A model generated the notes under the pieces. It was not told the DNA's origin. It saw only the letters and a program-made list of their open reading frames with translations, and made no database searches. The position numbers and the translations under genes are program-made. This document shows, piece after piece, positions 1 to 11,120 of a stretch of 64,000 nucleotides of DNA; the first letter of the stretch is position 1; every line of letters begins with the position of its first letter. The stretch covers positions 26,104,001 to 26,168,000 of the forward strand of contig CM059433.1 in NCBI GenBank assembly GCA_030390025.1. The letters are read 5' to 3'. The DNA is from Squalus acanthias. Taxonomy: Eukaryota.

Positions 1-97
1 AGTGTCAAAATTTGTCTGATAACACTCCTGTGAAGCGCCTTGGCATGTTTTACTACTTTAAAGGCGCTATATAAATGCAAGTTGTTGTTGTTGTTGT
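1..97 (+). mobile_element. L2 LINE 3' tail
   Basis: tgtgaagcgccttgg...taaaggcgctatataaatgcaagttgttgttg; the same tail recurs at ~9400-9470 and ~58980-59043. Confidence 0.7.
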
Positions 98-415
98 AAG
101 CTATCTATTATAAAGATCACGGACGGAATTTTCTCTGCCTGGATGGGTCGGGTGCGGGCGGTCGGCGTAGCAGGTCACGACCCCATTGTTGCTTCCATTC
201 CGCTGCAGACATCGACTTTGCTGTAATGGGGCCTATTAAGCCCGCCCTGCCCGTTACCCAGCCCTATTAAATGGTGCGGGTCTGATGACATCATCCATGA
301 TGCGTTTTCCGCCAGGATATTTAAAGGAGCCACGGCCACATTGCATTTGAAGGTTCATCTAGGAGTGTGCAGGCAGCACACTGGGAGGTGTTCATTGCTC
401 CAAACAGTTGGAGAG

Positions 416-2308
416 ATGACTGCACAGAGGCAGAGGGTTGCACCCATGTTCTCCGATGACTCCCTCCATATGCTTATGGAGGGAGTCAGAGCATGCAGAG
501 AGGTCCTCTTCCCTTCCAATGGGCGGAAGAAACCTCCCGAGGAGACAAAAAGAGCCTGGCTCCAAATTGCAGAGGAGATCACAAGCAGGGATATGTTCAG
601 GAGGACGTGGGTGCAGTGCCAGAAACATTTCCGTGATTTCATTAGATCAGGAAACGTTAGTACAAAGCCACACTCAACTTTATCCTGCTGTGCCTCTCAT
701 CACATCCCCATCACTCTGCCTTCCCAACCCTACTCCTGCACATCCTTACTCACACCAACATACCTTGCACCTCCACCCATCCCTCTCTCTCTATCTACAT
801 TATCACATCCCCATTTTACTAACCACCCCTCACATTCAGCCTCATCCTAATGCAATCATACCAACTAACAACACACAAGGAAGCCACTTGGCATTGCCAC
901 CCCAATCCATCATAGTCTCCCTCTAAAGATCTAACCTATCCATTCCTTACACTCATTCCATCACTCTCACTCAACCTTCTCTTCTTTCCCTCCTTGCAGG
1001 AGAAGAGAGCCCACAATAAGAGGGAGAGGGAGAGAACTGGAGGTGGGCCTCCATCATTTGCCACCCTCAAAACAGCAGAGGAGGCTGCATTGAAAGTATT
1101 GGGAGTGGCTGAGCAGCTGGAGGTGGGAGACGGAGAGAGGGGGACATCGCAGCAACCCGGTGACAGAATTACATATCATACAACTACATGGCATACAGCA
1201 GTCACTCATATGGATGTCATCAGCCAGTGACTGGTCATTATGTGCATAATTGTATGTGTACCCACTGTTCATATGACATATCTAACTCATCTCTTTACTC
1301 TCCCACAGATCCATCAAGAGCCCCCCCACCACCCCCCACTGTCCAGGAGGAAGAGCAAGATGACTCCTCAGAGGAGCCTCCAGCCTCTGAGGGCACAGTG
1401 TCACCAGACATGAGCGCACCCAGCACCAGTGCTGAGACACACATCTCGGTGGGTCCCACGCGAGATAGAGTAGTGTTGCCACCGGGTCCGCCACAAGTCA
1501 CAGGTGAGCAAGAGCAAATGGTGGAGACAGGGACAGCAGTGGAGACTCCTCGCCGGAGGGCGCAGGATGCTCCCAGCTCTGCTCAGCTGCATGCAGACGC
1601 TGAGCCTCGGGGGCCATCCAGAAAGAGGGCGTTCCTGGAGGTGCAGCAAGAAGTGCAGGGGGCTCTGATGGGTTTTGCAACCATGATGTCTGCAACTGTT
1701 CAGAGAATGGAGGCATCCATCTCCAACATGAGCACCACCATGTCGCAGGCGATGGCGATGGTAGGCTCCTCCATGGATAGGATGGTCACCTGCATGGAGC
1801 AGCTAATGCGCCACTCACAGGAGAACTTGGTCTCTATGGAGATAGATGGCTATTTATGGAGCATAGATGGTAGAGGCTCATAGACCTCCTGTCTAGGAGG
1901 GATGTCAGCGTAGATGTGGGTCCTCATGGCCCCACTGATGTGCAGCAAGGTGCCCTCCAGCTCCTTGCTAGCAGGGAAGTGCGGGTGGCCCATGAGAGGG
2001 ATGACGGTGAGAGGGGAGAGTGGCGTGTGGGCTCTTCGCAAAGCATTTACACTTCTCCCCCATTGCCACCTCCTCAGTCAGAGCCCCAGATGGCTCCTCG
2101 GATCACGATGGCTGAGTCTGCCCCTGCACCGTCGCAGAAGGAGCAGACTTTGACAGGGCCATCACAGGCTCCAAAACCCTGAGGACATCCGCCAAGAGTG
2201 TCTGAGCAGTCGCAGCAGGGAAGTGAGCAGGCTGCCTCTACCTCTGCTGAAGCCACAGGGGTAGCACCTCATAGAAGCACGCGGAAGAGAAAGATGACAC
2301 ACAAGTAG
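416..2308 (+). pseudogene. Harbinger Myb/SANT-like DNA-binding protein, 3 exons (416-655, 1000-1159, 1309-2308)
   Basis: MTAQRQRVAPMFSDDSL...AWLQIAEEI...RTWVQCQKHFRD trihelix motif. GT-AG introns join in frame (SGN|EKRAHN; G|AT=D). Exon 3 has a frameshift near 1850-1900 and an in-frame TGA at 2180. Ends in basic RKRK. Confidence 0.85.
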
Positions 2309-2606
2309 ATGCACAAGGGTAGCCACTTGGGTGTTTTAGTCAATGTTAATGTCAAGTTTCCGTTAATGTATTGTTAACCATAAAAATCTTTATTTTCACC
2401 ACTTTCCTGTCTTGGACACATTTGTGTGCACCTTTAGAAATGGCTTAGTGAGTTGCAGTGAATGGTGAGACATAACGGTACCTCCAGCAATGGTGGTCAG
2501 TGTGAAAGGAATGTCTTGGTTATTGTAGGGATGCTTTATGGTGTTGCTGTGTGGTGGTGCCAACCTGGCGCAGCAAGTGGCAGCCATATGGGTGTACTGC
2601 GTAAAG

Positions 2607-3829
2607 TTAAGTCAATCTGGACATGATGAGGCCATCCCTAGTCTCCCAGGCATCAATGTGCTCAGGTGCTGGTGGGATCTGGCCCGCAGGTTCCTCCAGC
2701 TCCTGATCCTCTTTGTCTTCCAGCTGATGCTCCTCCTTCTCTGAAGAGGCTGTGCGCTCAGAGCCTTGCTCTTCATGAAGCGCTAATCCTCGCCACTGCG
2801 CTATGTTGTGCAGGGTGCAGCAGACCACAATGATTCTGGAGACCCTGGCTGGTGCATACTGAAGGGCTCCTTCAGATCTGTCAAGGCATCTGAAGCGCAT
2901 TTTGAGCATGCCTACAGTCTGCTCTATGACACATCTGGTGGAAATGTGGCGTTCATTGAATCTCTCCTGGGCCTCAGTACTTGGGCTCCTCTAGGGTGTC
3001 ATGAGCCACGTCTTCAGTGGATGGCCCTTGTCTCCAAGCAGCCAGCTGGAAAGTCTGTTTGGAGAAGCGAGGAGCTGAGGGAGGGTGGACTGGCGAAGGA
3101 TGAAAGAGTCAGGACTGCTCCCAGGGAATTTGGCACACACATGCATGACGAGCTGCACATTGAGGGAATGGAAGTCCTTGCGGTTGACAAACACTCCTGG
3201 GTGATGATGGGGTGCCCTCATGGCCACATGTGTGCAGTCAATGAAGCCCTGCATCCGTGGGAAGCCAGCCAGAGTGGCAAAGTCGAGTGCCCGCTCAGTA
3301 ACACTGGCTTCATCAGTGGCAAAGTTGATATAATTGGCTGACTTGTCAAACAGGGCATCGGTGACCCGTGGGATGCATCTTTGGGTGGCCGACTGCGAGA
3401 TGCCACATATGTCTGCTGCAGATCCCTGGAAGGAGCCTGAGGTGAAGAAGTTGAGGGCACTGGTAACTTTGGAGGGCACTGGTAACTTTGACAGCCACTG
3501 GTAAGGTGTGTCCACCTGCTCCTCTGGGCTGCAGGACTTGCTTGAGCAATGTGCAAATGTCTGCGATGAGCTGGTGCAATAGCCTGAGCCTCCTTTGTCA
3601 CTGCTGCTCAGCCATATTGAGGAAACTCATCCTCTGCCTGATTAATGAATACCCTGTGTTGGGGGTATCACCTCTGGCATGGTGCAGCCCTGCGCTGATG
3701 CCCTCTGTCCTGTGCAGCATCAGGTGGTCGAGGAGAAGGTTGGTGGTGTTGTTGTTGGTGCTGCTGGTGTTGGGGCTCATCGTGGTCCGATTCTGAGGAC
3801 CAAGGTGAGACAGTATAAATGGCTCCCAT
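2607..3829 (-). pseudogene. Harbinger DDE transposase (HARBI1-like), frameshifted
   Basis: Catalytic motifs [15 protein letters not shown] and VIEQTVGMLKMRFRCL, plus CCTLHNIA. Split over ORFs 3598-3780, 2991-3515 and 2607-2909. A 19-bp tandem duplication at ~3453-3490 shifts the frame. Confidence 0.9.
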
Positions 3830-4579
3830 GCTGATGGAATAGATGGCAGGTCAAGTAGAGATCAGAGGAGCAAGATGTCAATGGACTGATAGGTTGTAAC
3901 AATGAGGTGAGACTGAATGGCGACTTTGCTGGAAGCACTTGCAGCCTGTAGAAAGCTAAATATGTGCTGGGAATGCAGCCAGCAAAAACTCCTGCCTGAG
4001 GAAAGTGATCAGCTGTGAGGTGGGAGGTGTTATAGTACATTTCATGCTGTCATCTAATCAGCTGGAGCAATGGCCACTCAACTCCCGCCTTAGGCTGACA
4101 GACGTGGTTCCCGAGCTGTGTGAATCCCGTGGGCAGCCAGGGAAATTCGAAAGGTAGGCTGAAAAAGGCTCTTAATAGTCTGACAACTACCTGTTAATGA
4201 TTTGAATTAGGTTGCCCGCCTCTGCCGGTCGGTCGCTGCCGCACCAGTAAACGCACCCGAGGGAAAGGCACATGGGGGCGGGATGACGGCGAGTTCCCGA
4301 CCTGCTGCAACTTATTTCAAATTTCCCACCTGACCGACCTCCAATCGTACCCACACGGACCGCAGAAAATTCTAGCCCACTTATTTCTATCTCTGCAGCA
4401 TCGCCCCCGCCTTACCTACCATTAATATTTCTTATCAATTTCCAGGCTTGATTTTTCCAATGCTTTTCTCACCAGCCTTCCAAGTTCCACCCTACTTAAG
4501 CTCCAACTCATCCAAAACCCCATTACCCGTACCTTGTCTTGCACTGAATCCTACTTGCCTGTTGTCACTTCCCTTGCTG

Positions 4580-4873
4580 TGGAGATGCCGGCGTTGGACT
4601 GGGGTGGACAAAAATGAGAAGTCGCACAACACCAGGTTATAGTCCAACAGATTTATTTAATTTTACAAGCTTTCGGAGCTGTCGCTCCTTACTCTTAGTG
4701 TGTCTTTGATGTAGGGAAATATTTGAATAGATTTTGTCTGTGTTTAAATTGTGAATTCTGGGAGATTCTCTCACTGCTAACTTACCTGAGGAAGGAGCGA
4801 CAGCTCCGAAAGCTTGTAAAATTAAATAAATCTGTTGGACTATAACCTGGTGTTGTGCGACTTCTCATTTTTG
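4580..4873. mobile_element. Non-coding Penelope-like foldback insertion (family A terminus, inverted pair)
   Basis: Inverted repeat ~4608-4690 vs ~4792-4873. Matches the termini of the element at 29236-31879. 13-bp TSD acttcccttgctg (4567-4579, 4874-4886). Confidence 0.85.
4782..4819 (+). ncRNA. Minimal type I hammerhead ribozyme motif (Penelope family A)
   Basis: ttac-CTGAGGA-a-ggagc(gaca)gctcc-GAAA-gctt-gtaa. Confidence 0.75.
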
Positions 4874-5270
4874 ACTTCCCTTGCTGACATGCACTGGCTC
4901 CCGGTCCCTCAATGCATTGATTTCAAATTCCTAATCCTTGTTTTTAAGATGCTCCCTGCCTTTTCCCCACTTGCCCCTGCAGCCTCCTCTAGCCCCAAAC
5001 ACTCTCCACTCTTCTAACTCTGGCCTCTGTGCACCATCTGTCCCTTTGCTACACAAAGACACTTCAGTGGCAGAAACTTCAGCCGTCCTGGTCTTAAACA
5101 CAAGACCTATCTCCCCAAACCTTTTTTTCTCTTCTATTTCTCCAACCATGCCTTCAAACACCTCTCCGAATTTCTGGAATCAATTTCTCCTCTGGGAAGA
5201 ACATGGAATGTTTGCCACTTGATGGGCACAATATAAATACACTATTGTTGTTGATTAACAACTGAGACTT

Positions 5271-5383
5271 TGGGCTGATTGTAACTTTCGTTGGTGGTGG
5301 ATTGGCCGCCTGCTTTACACCCCGCCCAATTTCCTTTCCGTTAGTTCACAGTTTCCACCACCGCTAAAAGTTAAAATCTGCCC
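5271..5383. mobile_element. Short Harbinger-type MITE
   Basis: gggctgattgtaacttt...aaagttaaaatctgccc terminal inverted repeats. Confidence 0.55.
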
Positions 5384-5489
5384 TATCATCACTGCAAGTT
5401 TGTTTAGTGATTGTGAAATATCACAGTCAGTATCCATTGTACAAGCGTAAAATACCAGATGGCGGTAACTTCCTCTAATTACACAAATT

Positions 5490-5911
5490 AGGCTTGTATT
5501 CCCTGGAATTTAGAAGGTTAAGGGGAGATTTGATCAAAGTTTTCAAGATATTAAGGGGAACTGATAGGGTAGATAGAGAGAAATTATTGCTGCTGGTTGG
5601 GGATTCTAGGACTAGGGGACATAGTCTAAAAATTAGAGGGAGGCCTTTCAGGAGTGAAGTTGGGAAATACTTCTACACACAAAGGGTGGTAGAAGTTTGG
5701 AACTCTCTTCCGCAAACGGCAATTGACGCTAGATCAATTGTTAATTTTAAATCTGAGATTGATAGATTTTTGTTAACCAAAGGTATTAAGGGATATGGGG
5801 CAAAGGCGAGTATATGGAGTTAGATCACAGATCAACCATGATCTCATTGAATGGCAGAACAGGCTCAAGGAGCTAAATGGCCTACTCCTGTTCCTAAGTT
5901 CCTCTGTTCCT
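5490..5911 (+). mobile_element. CR1 LINE 3' end
   Basis: YSLEFRRLRGDLIKVFKI...TRGHSLKI...VWNSLP; 3' tail aaatggcctactcctgttcct. Confidence 0.9.
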
Positions 5912-6413
5912 AATTCATGATCACAGCCTTAATACACAATTCTAGGACAGCAAGTTATAAGTGGAGATGTTCTGTGGCACAGAGGAAAGTTCAGAGATAA
6001 GCTACAATCTCCAGTTTAAGGAAAATCTCTCAAGAATCATATTGTACCTTTTATGGACTATTTTAAATGTATCAATTCTATCCAGATCTCAACTTTGAAA
6101 ATAATTCACGTGCAATGCCATGCAGTGGGAAACAACATCAAATAATACCTATCATTATAGTTAATCAAAAAGACAGCCAACCACTCTCATGCAAGTTACT
6201 ACTTGGAATTGTGGCCCTCAAATGAAAGCTAGTGAATACCTCTGGCTTGGATGTTTAAGTGGTCAGATATAATCTACAATTAAATTGTCTGCAAATCACA
6301 AACAATCTCTGCTTTAAGGGCATTTGTGCCATTTAAATAGCATTAGAGGCTATCTCTCTCCCTCACTGAATGGTAATACCAATAATACTATATGCTGACA
6401 ATATCTATTAGCA

Positions 6414-6615
6414 CAAAAGCAAAATACTGCGGATGCTGGGAATCTAAAATAAAAACAGAAAAATGCTAGAAATACTCAGCAGGTTAAGCAGCATCTGTGG
6501 AGAGAGAAACAGAGTTCACGTTTCAGGTCGATGAGTTCTGATGAAAGGTCATCGGCCTGAAATGTTAACTCTGTTTCTCTCTCCACAGATGCTGCCTGAC
6601 CTGCTGAGTATTTCC
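6414..6615. mobile_element. Non-coding Penelope-like foldback insertion (family B terminus)
   Basis: Inverted pair of the 3' end of the 53990-55918 element; 14-bp TSD aatatctattagca (6400-6413, 6616-6629). Confidence 0.85.
6533..6571 (+). ncRNA. Minimal type I hammerhead ribozyme motif (Penelope family B)
   Basis: gagtt-CTGATGA-a-aggtc(atc)ggcct-GAAA-tgtt-aactc. Confidence 0.7.
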
Positions 6616-6800
6616 AATATCTATTAGCAATTGGATAGTGTGTTCTCAGAACAGTAAACATTGCTTTTCATTGGTCAAGAATTCTATAACTTTACTTCAA
6701 TTCATGGAGCAATTCATCAAAGTTCAGGCTGTCAAAGGATTTGATTGAGGAAAGGCAGTGAAAAAGGCAACAATGGTTAATCAAATACAATAAATACACA

Positions 6801-7390
6801 GGGGGAAAAATTTGGTCATGCCCCCTTTGGGGCACTAACTTCACTGGGCCCGAAAAAACTAGTGCTCCCGTGCCGTAAATTGAATGGTAGCACCCCAAGC
6901 AGGAGGCAGGGTGCTACTGGAAGCGCTCCCCCTCCCTCTTGGGGCGCTACCATTCAATATCGCGGTGCTACAAGCAACAGCGCCACATGCATCGGCACAT
7001 AGCGCCGCGGTAGTACAGGCCTCCCTCCCCTGATTAAAGGGGAGGGGCCTAGCGCAGCACGCACCGGGACCCTGCAGGCCCACCGGGGAGCGGGGTGCCG
7101 TGAAAAGAGCCCGGCGCTCAAGAGGAGTGCCGGGCTGACCTGATCGTGGCCGGCACCCCGCAGGAGGAGGCGAAAGGGGGCAGGTGTTGATAGGAGGCCC
7201 CAAAAAAATGGCCGCCTGCACCTGCCCCTTAATTTGCGCCGGCGTGGCCGCAAACACAGCACCCTGACCCTGTCGGACATATCGTCCGGCGGTAGGTCAG
7301 GGGGCGTGAGCGGGGCGCTGCGCACGGTGATGACGTCATCGCTGGAGGCGCAGCGCCACAGGAGGCGCAAAGCAACCCAAATTTTCCCCC
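6801..7390. mobile_element. GC-rich Harbinger-type MITE, relative of 28458-29217 in reverse orientation
   Basis: gggggaaaaattt...aaattttccccc ends; interior similar to the reverse complement of 28458-29217. Confidence 0.8.
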
Positions 7391-7770
7391 ATAGAATTAC
7401 ATAGAAGTTACAACACAAAAACAGGCCATTCAACCAAATGTGCTGACATTTACCCTTCACCAAGTAACTAGTCCTAATCACATTCACCTGGCCTGTTCCC
7501 ATCTCCCTTTATCTCCTTTACCTTCATCTACCTATCCAGTCTAATCTTGAATTTTGACATAGTTTCTGCCACAATTACTAACCATGGAAGTGAATTCTAC
7601 AGCCACACAACTCTCTGTGTAAAGAAGTTTCTCTTGTTCTCTGTTCTAAATCTTACATTTAATCTTGTATCTATGGTCCCTCGGTCTAGACCCCTCAACT
7701 ACTGTTGAATGGCGGAGCCTGTTTCTAGCTGCCCTGTCCCATCTTTTCATAATTTTAAACACATTTGTCT
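7391..7770 (-). mobile_element. CR1 LINE 3' end
   Basis: acaggccattc tail; acaactctctgtgtaaagaagtttctc (rc of the FFTQRVV region). Confidence 0.75.
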
Positions 7771-8534
7771 AATCCTTTGTCATATTTGTATTTTCTCGTA
7801 CCAAGCAGTAATCCTAGTGAATCTGCATTGTCAATTTGAAATCATTCTGTGGCCATGTGTTGAAAGAGACTCGTGAGACTGAGGAAACTTCCCCACAGGC
7901 CAGAAACAAACTGACATTGGCTGAAGGAGGACCTCAGGAGGAATATCCTGGCAAGGGTAACATAGTTTATTTCTGAGGCAAGATCAGGACGTGCCAGTGT
8001 GGCAATGAGGAATAGGTTATTTTTACATTACACAGAACATTGTGGAGCTCAAAAAATGCAATGTACTTTTCTTTTAAATGCATTATTGCCAGAAGAGTTG
8101 ACCATAAATGTCAGACCCACACAGGGCATGGGGAGGGGGAGGGCACTCGGGGATCGGTGCCCACAGGATATGCTGAAGGACTGAATTTCATACTCTGCAG
8201 GGCATCAACACAATTAGCACAGAGAAGAACCAGCAGTCTCCACACACAAGCCTGGAATCAGCAGCTGGACATTTGCTGACTAAAATGTTTTCCTTTCCAA
8301 GCAATTATTTTCTAAAGATGAATGGCAAACCTTAACAGAGTGATCCGAAGTGTGCCAAAATTTAGAGATTGTAACATCTGAATCTTGGGGGTCAATTTGA
8401 ATCATTCGAATCTGAGAAGAAATCTTTTCCTTTTAAGTAAACAGTGGTGCCTATTCACAGAAGAATAATTTGCCATTTTTCTAAGTCATAGAACTCTGTT
8501 TGCTTTGCTGCAGTTAGCAACTTCCTTAAACTAT

Positions 8535-8840
8535 AAGAACTAGGGGACATAGGCTCAGGATAAGGGGTCGGCCATTTAAGACTGAGAGGAGGAGGAATTT
8601 CTTCACTCAGAGGGTTGTGAATCTTTGAAATTCTCTACACCAGAGGGCTGTGGATGCTCAGTCGTTGAGTATATTCAAGGCTGAGATCGATAGATTTTTG
8701 GACTCTAGGAGAATCAAGGGATATGGAGATGGGGCGGGAAATTGGAGTTGAAGTTGAAGATCAGCCATGATCTTACTGAATGGCGAGGCAGGCTCGAAGG
8801 GCCGTATGACCTACTCCTGCTCATCATTCTTATGTTCTTA
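8535..8840 (+). mobile_element. CR1 LINE 3' end
   Basis: actaggggacataggctc...ttcttcactcagagggttgtgaatc...cctactcctgctc. Confidence 0.85.
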
Positions 8841-9029
8841 AGTTGTTAGCAGCAGGTAAATGTTGCCACTTCCAGTGGCTAAAGCCACTTACAAATGAAG
8901 CAGATAAATGGAATTTAATAAGTAGATGCATAAAATAATTCATGTTGATGCTATGATAGCACATTGAGGGGAGTTTCATTAAGGGCATTAGAGGCAAAAT
9001 TTATTTGTGCCCCCAAACTGGGCATGATT

Positions 9030-9830
9030 TCAGCATCTGCTCACCCATCACCCCTGACCTACATTGGCTCCTGGTCCACCAACCCCTCAATTTTGAAATT
9101 CTTATCCTCGTATTCAAATCCCTCCATGGCCTCAGCCTTCCCTATCTCTGTAATGTCCTCCAGTCTACAACCCTTCAAGAACTCTGTGTTCCTCCAACTC
9201 TTGACTCTTGTGCATCTCTCACTCCTTTCGCCCACCATTGTGCCTTCAGCCATCTAGCTCCTAAGCTCTGGAATTCCCTCCCTAAACCTCTCCATCTCGC
9301 CACCTGTATATCCTACTTCAAGACCCTCTTTGATCAAGTTTTTAGTCACCTGTCCTGATGTCTCCTTCTTTGACTTGTTCAATTTTTGTCTTATTTTACT
9401 CCAATGAAGCGCCTTGAGATGTTTGCCTACATTACAGACGCTATCTAAATGCAAGTTGTTGTTGTTGTTTAGGTTGCTCCATGATCTCAGCCACCCTATC
9501 TCTGCACCCTCCTCTCGCCCTATAGCCCCCTTCAAACTCTCTGTTCCTCTGACTCCAGCCTCTTGTACATCCTCCCCTGACTTCTCCCCACCAGTGAATG
9601 CTGAGTGTCAGCTGCCTGGATCCCACTCTCGAGAATTCTTTCCATGAACCCCTCTGCCTTTCTACTGCTCTTTCCTCCTTTAAAAATCTCCTCAAAACTC
9701 CATCTCTTTGACCAAGTTATTCATCACATCCCATAATCTCTCCTTTCCTATAGTGTTTGTTTCCCATATGCCTTCGACAAAGTGCCTTGCAATGTTTTTT
9801 ACGTTAAAGGGGCCACATAAATGGAAGTTG
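9030..9830 (+). mobile_element. Two tandem L2 3' fragments
   Basis: DLHWLLV...APKLWNSLPK; tails at ~9400-9470 and ~9780-9830. Confidence 0.7.
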
Positions 9831-10764
9831 TGAGAACTTTTCTGAAGAGAATGGCTGTCCTCTTATTCATCAGCCTTTATTACAGATGAGCAGCTTCAGG
9901 CCATTTTGTACAGTCTAAAGCCAATTTCTAATCCTAACCATGTTTTCTAAATTGGTTCAGCTCTCCAAAGCCAAATTTTGGATCATTAAAATCAGAAACA
10001 TAAAGTATTTGAATCTGACCACCCAGACCACATCTGAAGCAAAAGCCAACGCCAAAGACCTGAAACTGAATCCCAGTATTTCTATATCCTGTATTCTTTG
10101 AACATCAGGGTCTCAACAGGATGAATATAGACATATACCCAAGGGATAACTTGAACCAACCTTAATGCACATGGAAAAGTCAGCTTAACTGTTGAACTAC
10201 AAGTAGCTTTCTTAAAACTCTTCTCTCTCCCTGCAACATCTCATCACAGAGAGCTGCATTCCTTCTAACTAACTGCATTATGCTAACAGCACAGTAAGGC
10301 CTTAGTTACTGCTCCACAGTTACATCTAATTTATGTTGGAGCAAAATAGTGGCAAAGACGGTTGCCAGGTTACTAAAAGAGTTCTAGAAAGACTGATGGA
10401 ATATTGTAGTCCTGTTCGGCAGGTCCCAGGGGACAGATCCTCTTGCTCCAGGACTCAGTACAGTTTGAAACCATATAGATCAATGGAGTTCATGATGCTG
10501 CCTTATTTCATGCCAGTTTTTACATATTGTAGCATTAAAGAGATATGACCCAAGTCTCAGTCTTCCATGAGGTTATCTCTGTCGCAGCACAAGAGTGACC
10601 AAGCTTTCATGGCTGCACTGGGATCACAAGAGCTGCAGCAGCTGCAACTCAATATTCCAAGTCAATTCAAAGAGTTAGCATAGAATGCTGGCAGTGAGGG
10701 CATAAAGAAGGAAGAGGAAAAAAGAACTTGCATTAATATAGCACTTTTCATAAAAGAAAAAAGA

Positions 10765-11120
10765 AAGACTTGCATTTATATAGCGCCTTTCATGACCACC
10801 GGATGACCCAAAGCGCTTTACAGCCAGTGAAGTACTTTTGAAGTGTAGTCACTGTTGAAATGTAGGAAACGTGGCAGCCAGTTTGCACTCAGCAAGCTCC
10901 CATAAACAGCAATGTGATCATGACCAGATAATCTGTTTTAGTGATGTTGGTTGAAGGATAAATGTTGGCCGGGACACCGGGAGAGCTTACCTGCTCTTCT
11001 TCAAAATGTGCTATAAAAGCTTGTACGTCCACCAGAGAGGGCAGACGTGACTTTGCTTTAATGTCTAATCCAAAAGGTCAGTGCTGCGAAAAGGCATTTC
11101 AGACCAACCCTCCAGTACAC
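10765..11120 (-). mobile_element. Deu-domain SINE fragment
   Basis: Reverse complement of the body and tail of the SINE at 34977-35570. Confidence 0.75.

Larger units (their letters stand above)
121..4377. mobile_element. PIF/Harbinger DNA transposon, near full length, inactivated
   Basis: Imperfect 13-bp TIRs (ggacggaattttc / rc ggctagaattttc), 3-bp TSD CAC (118-120, 4378-4380), convergent Myb/SANT and DDE transposase genes. Confidence 0.9.
4400..5255 (+). mobile_element. Degraded L2 LINE 3' region, interrupted by the 4580-4873 insertion
   Basis: ctccaactcatccaaaac; gctgacatgcactggctccc (LHWLPV); ttg tail. Confidence 0.65.
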
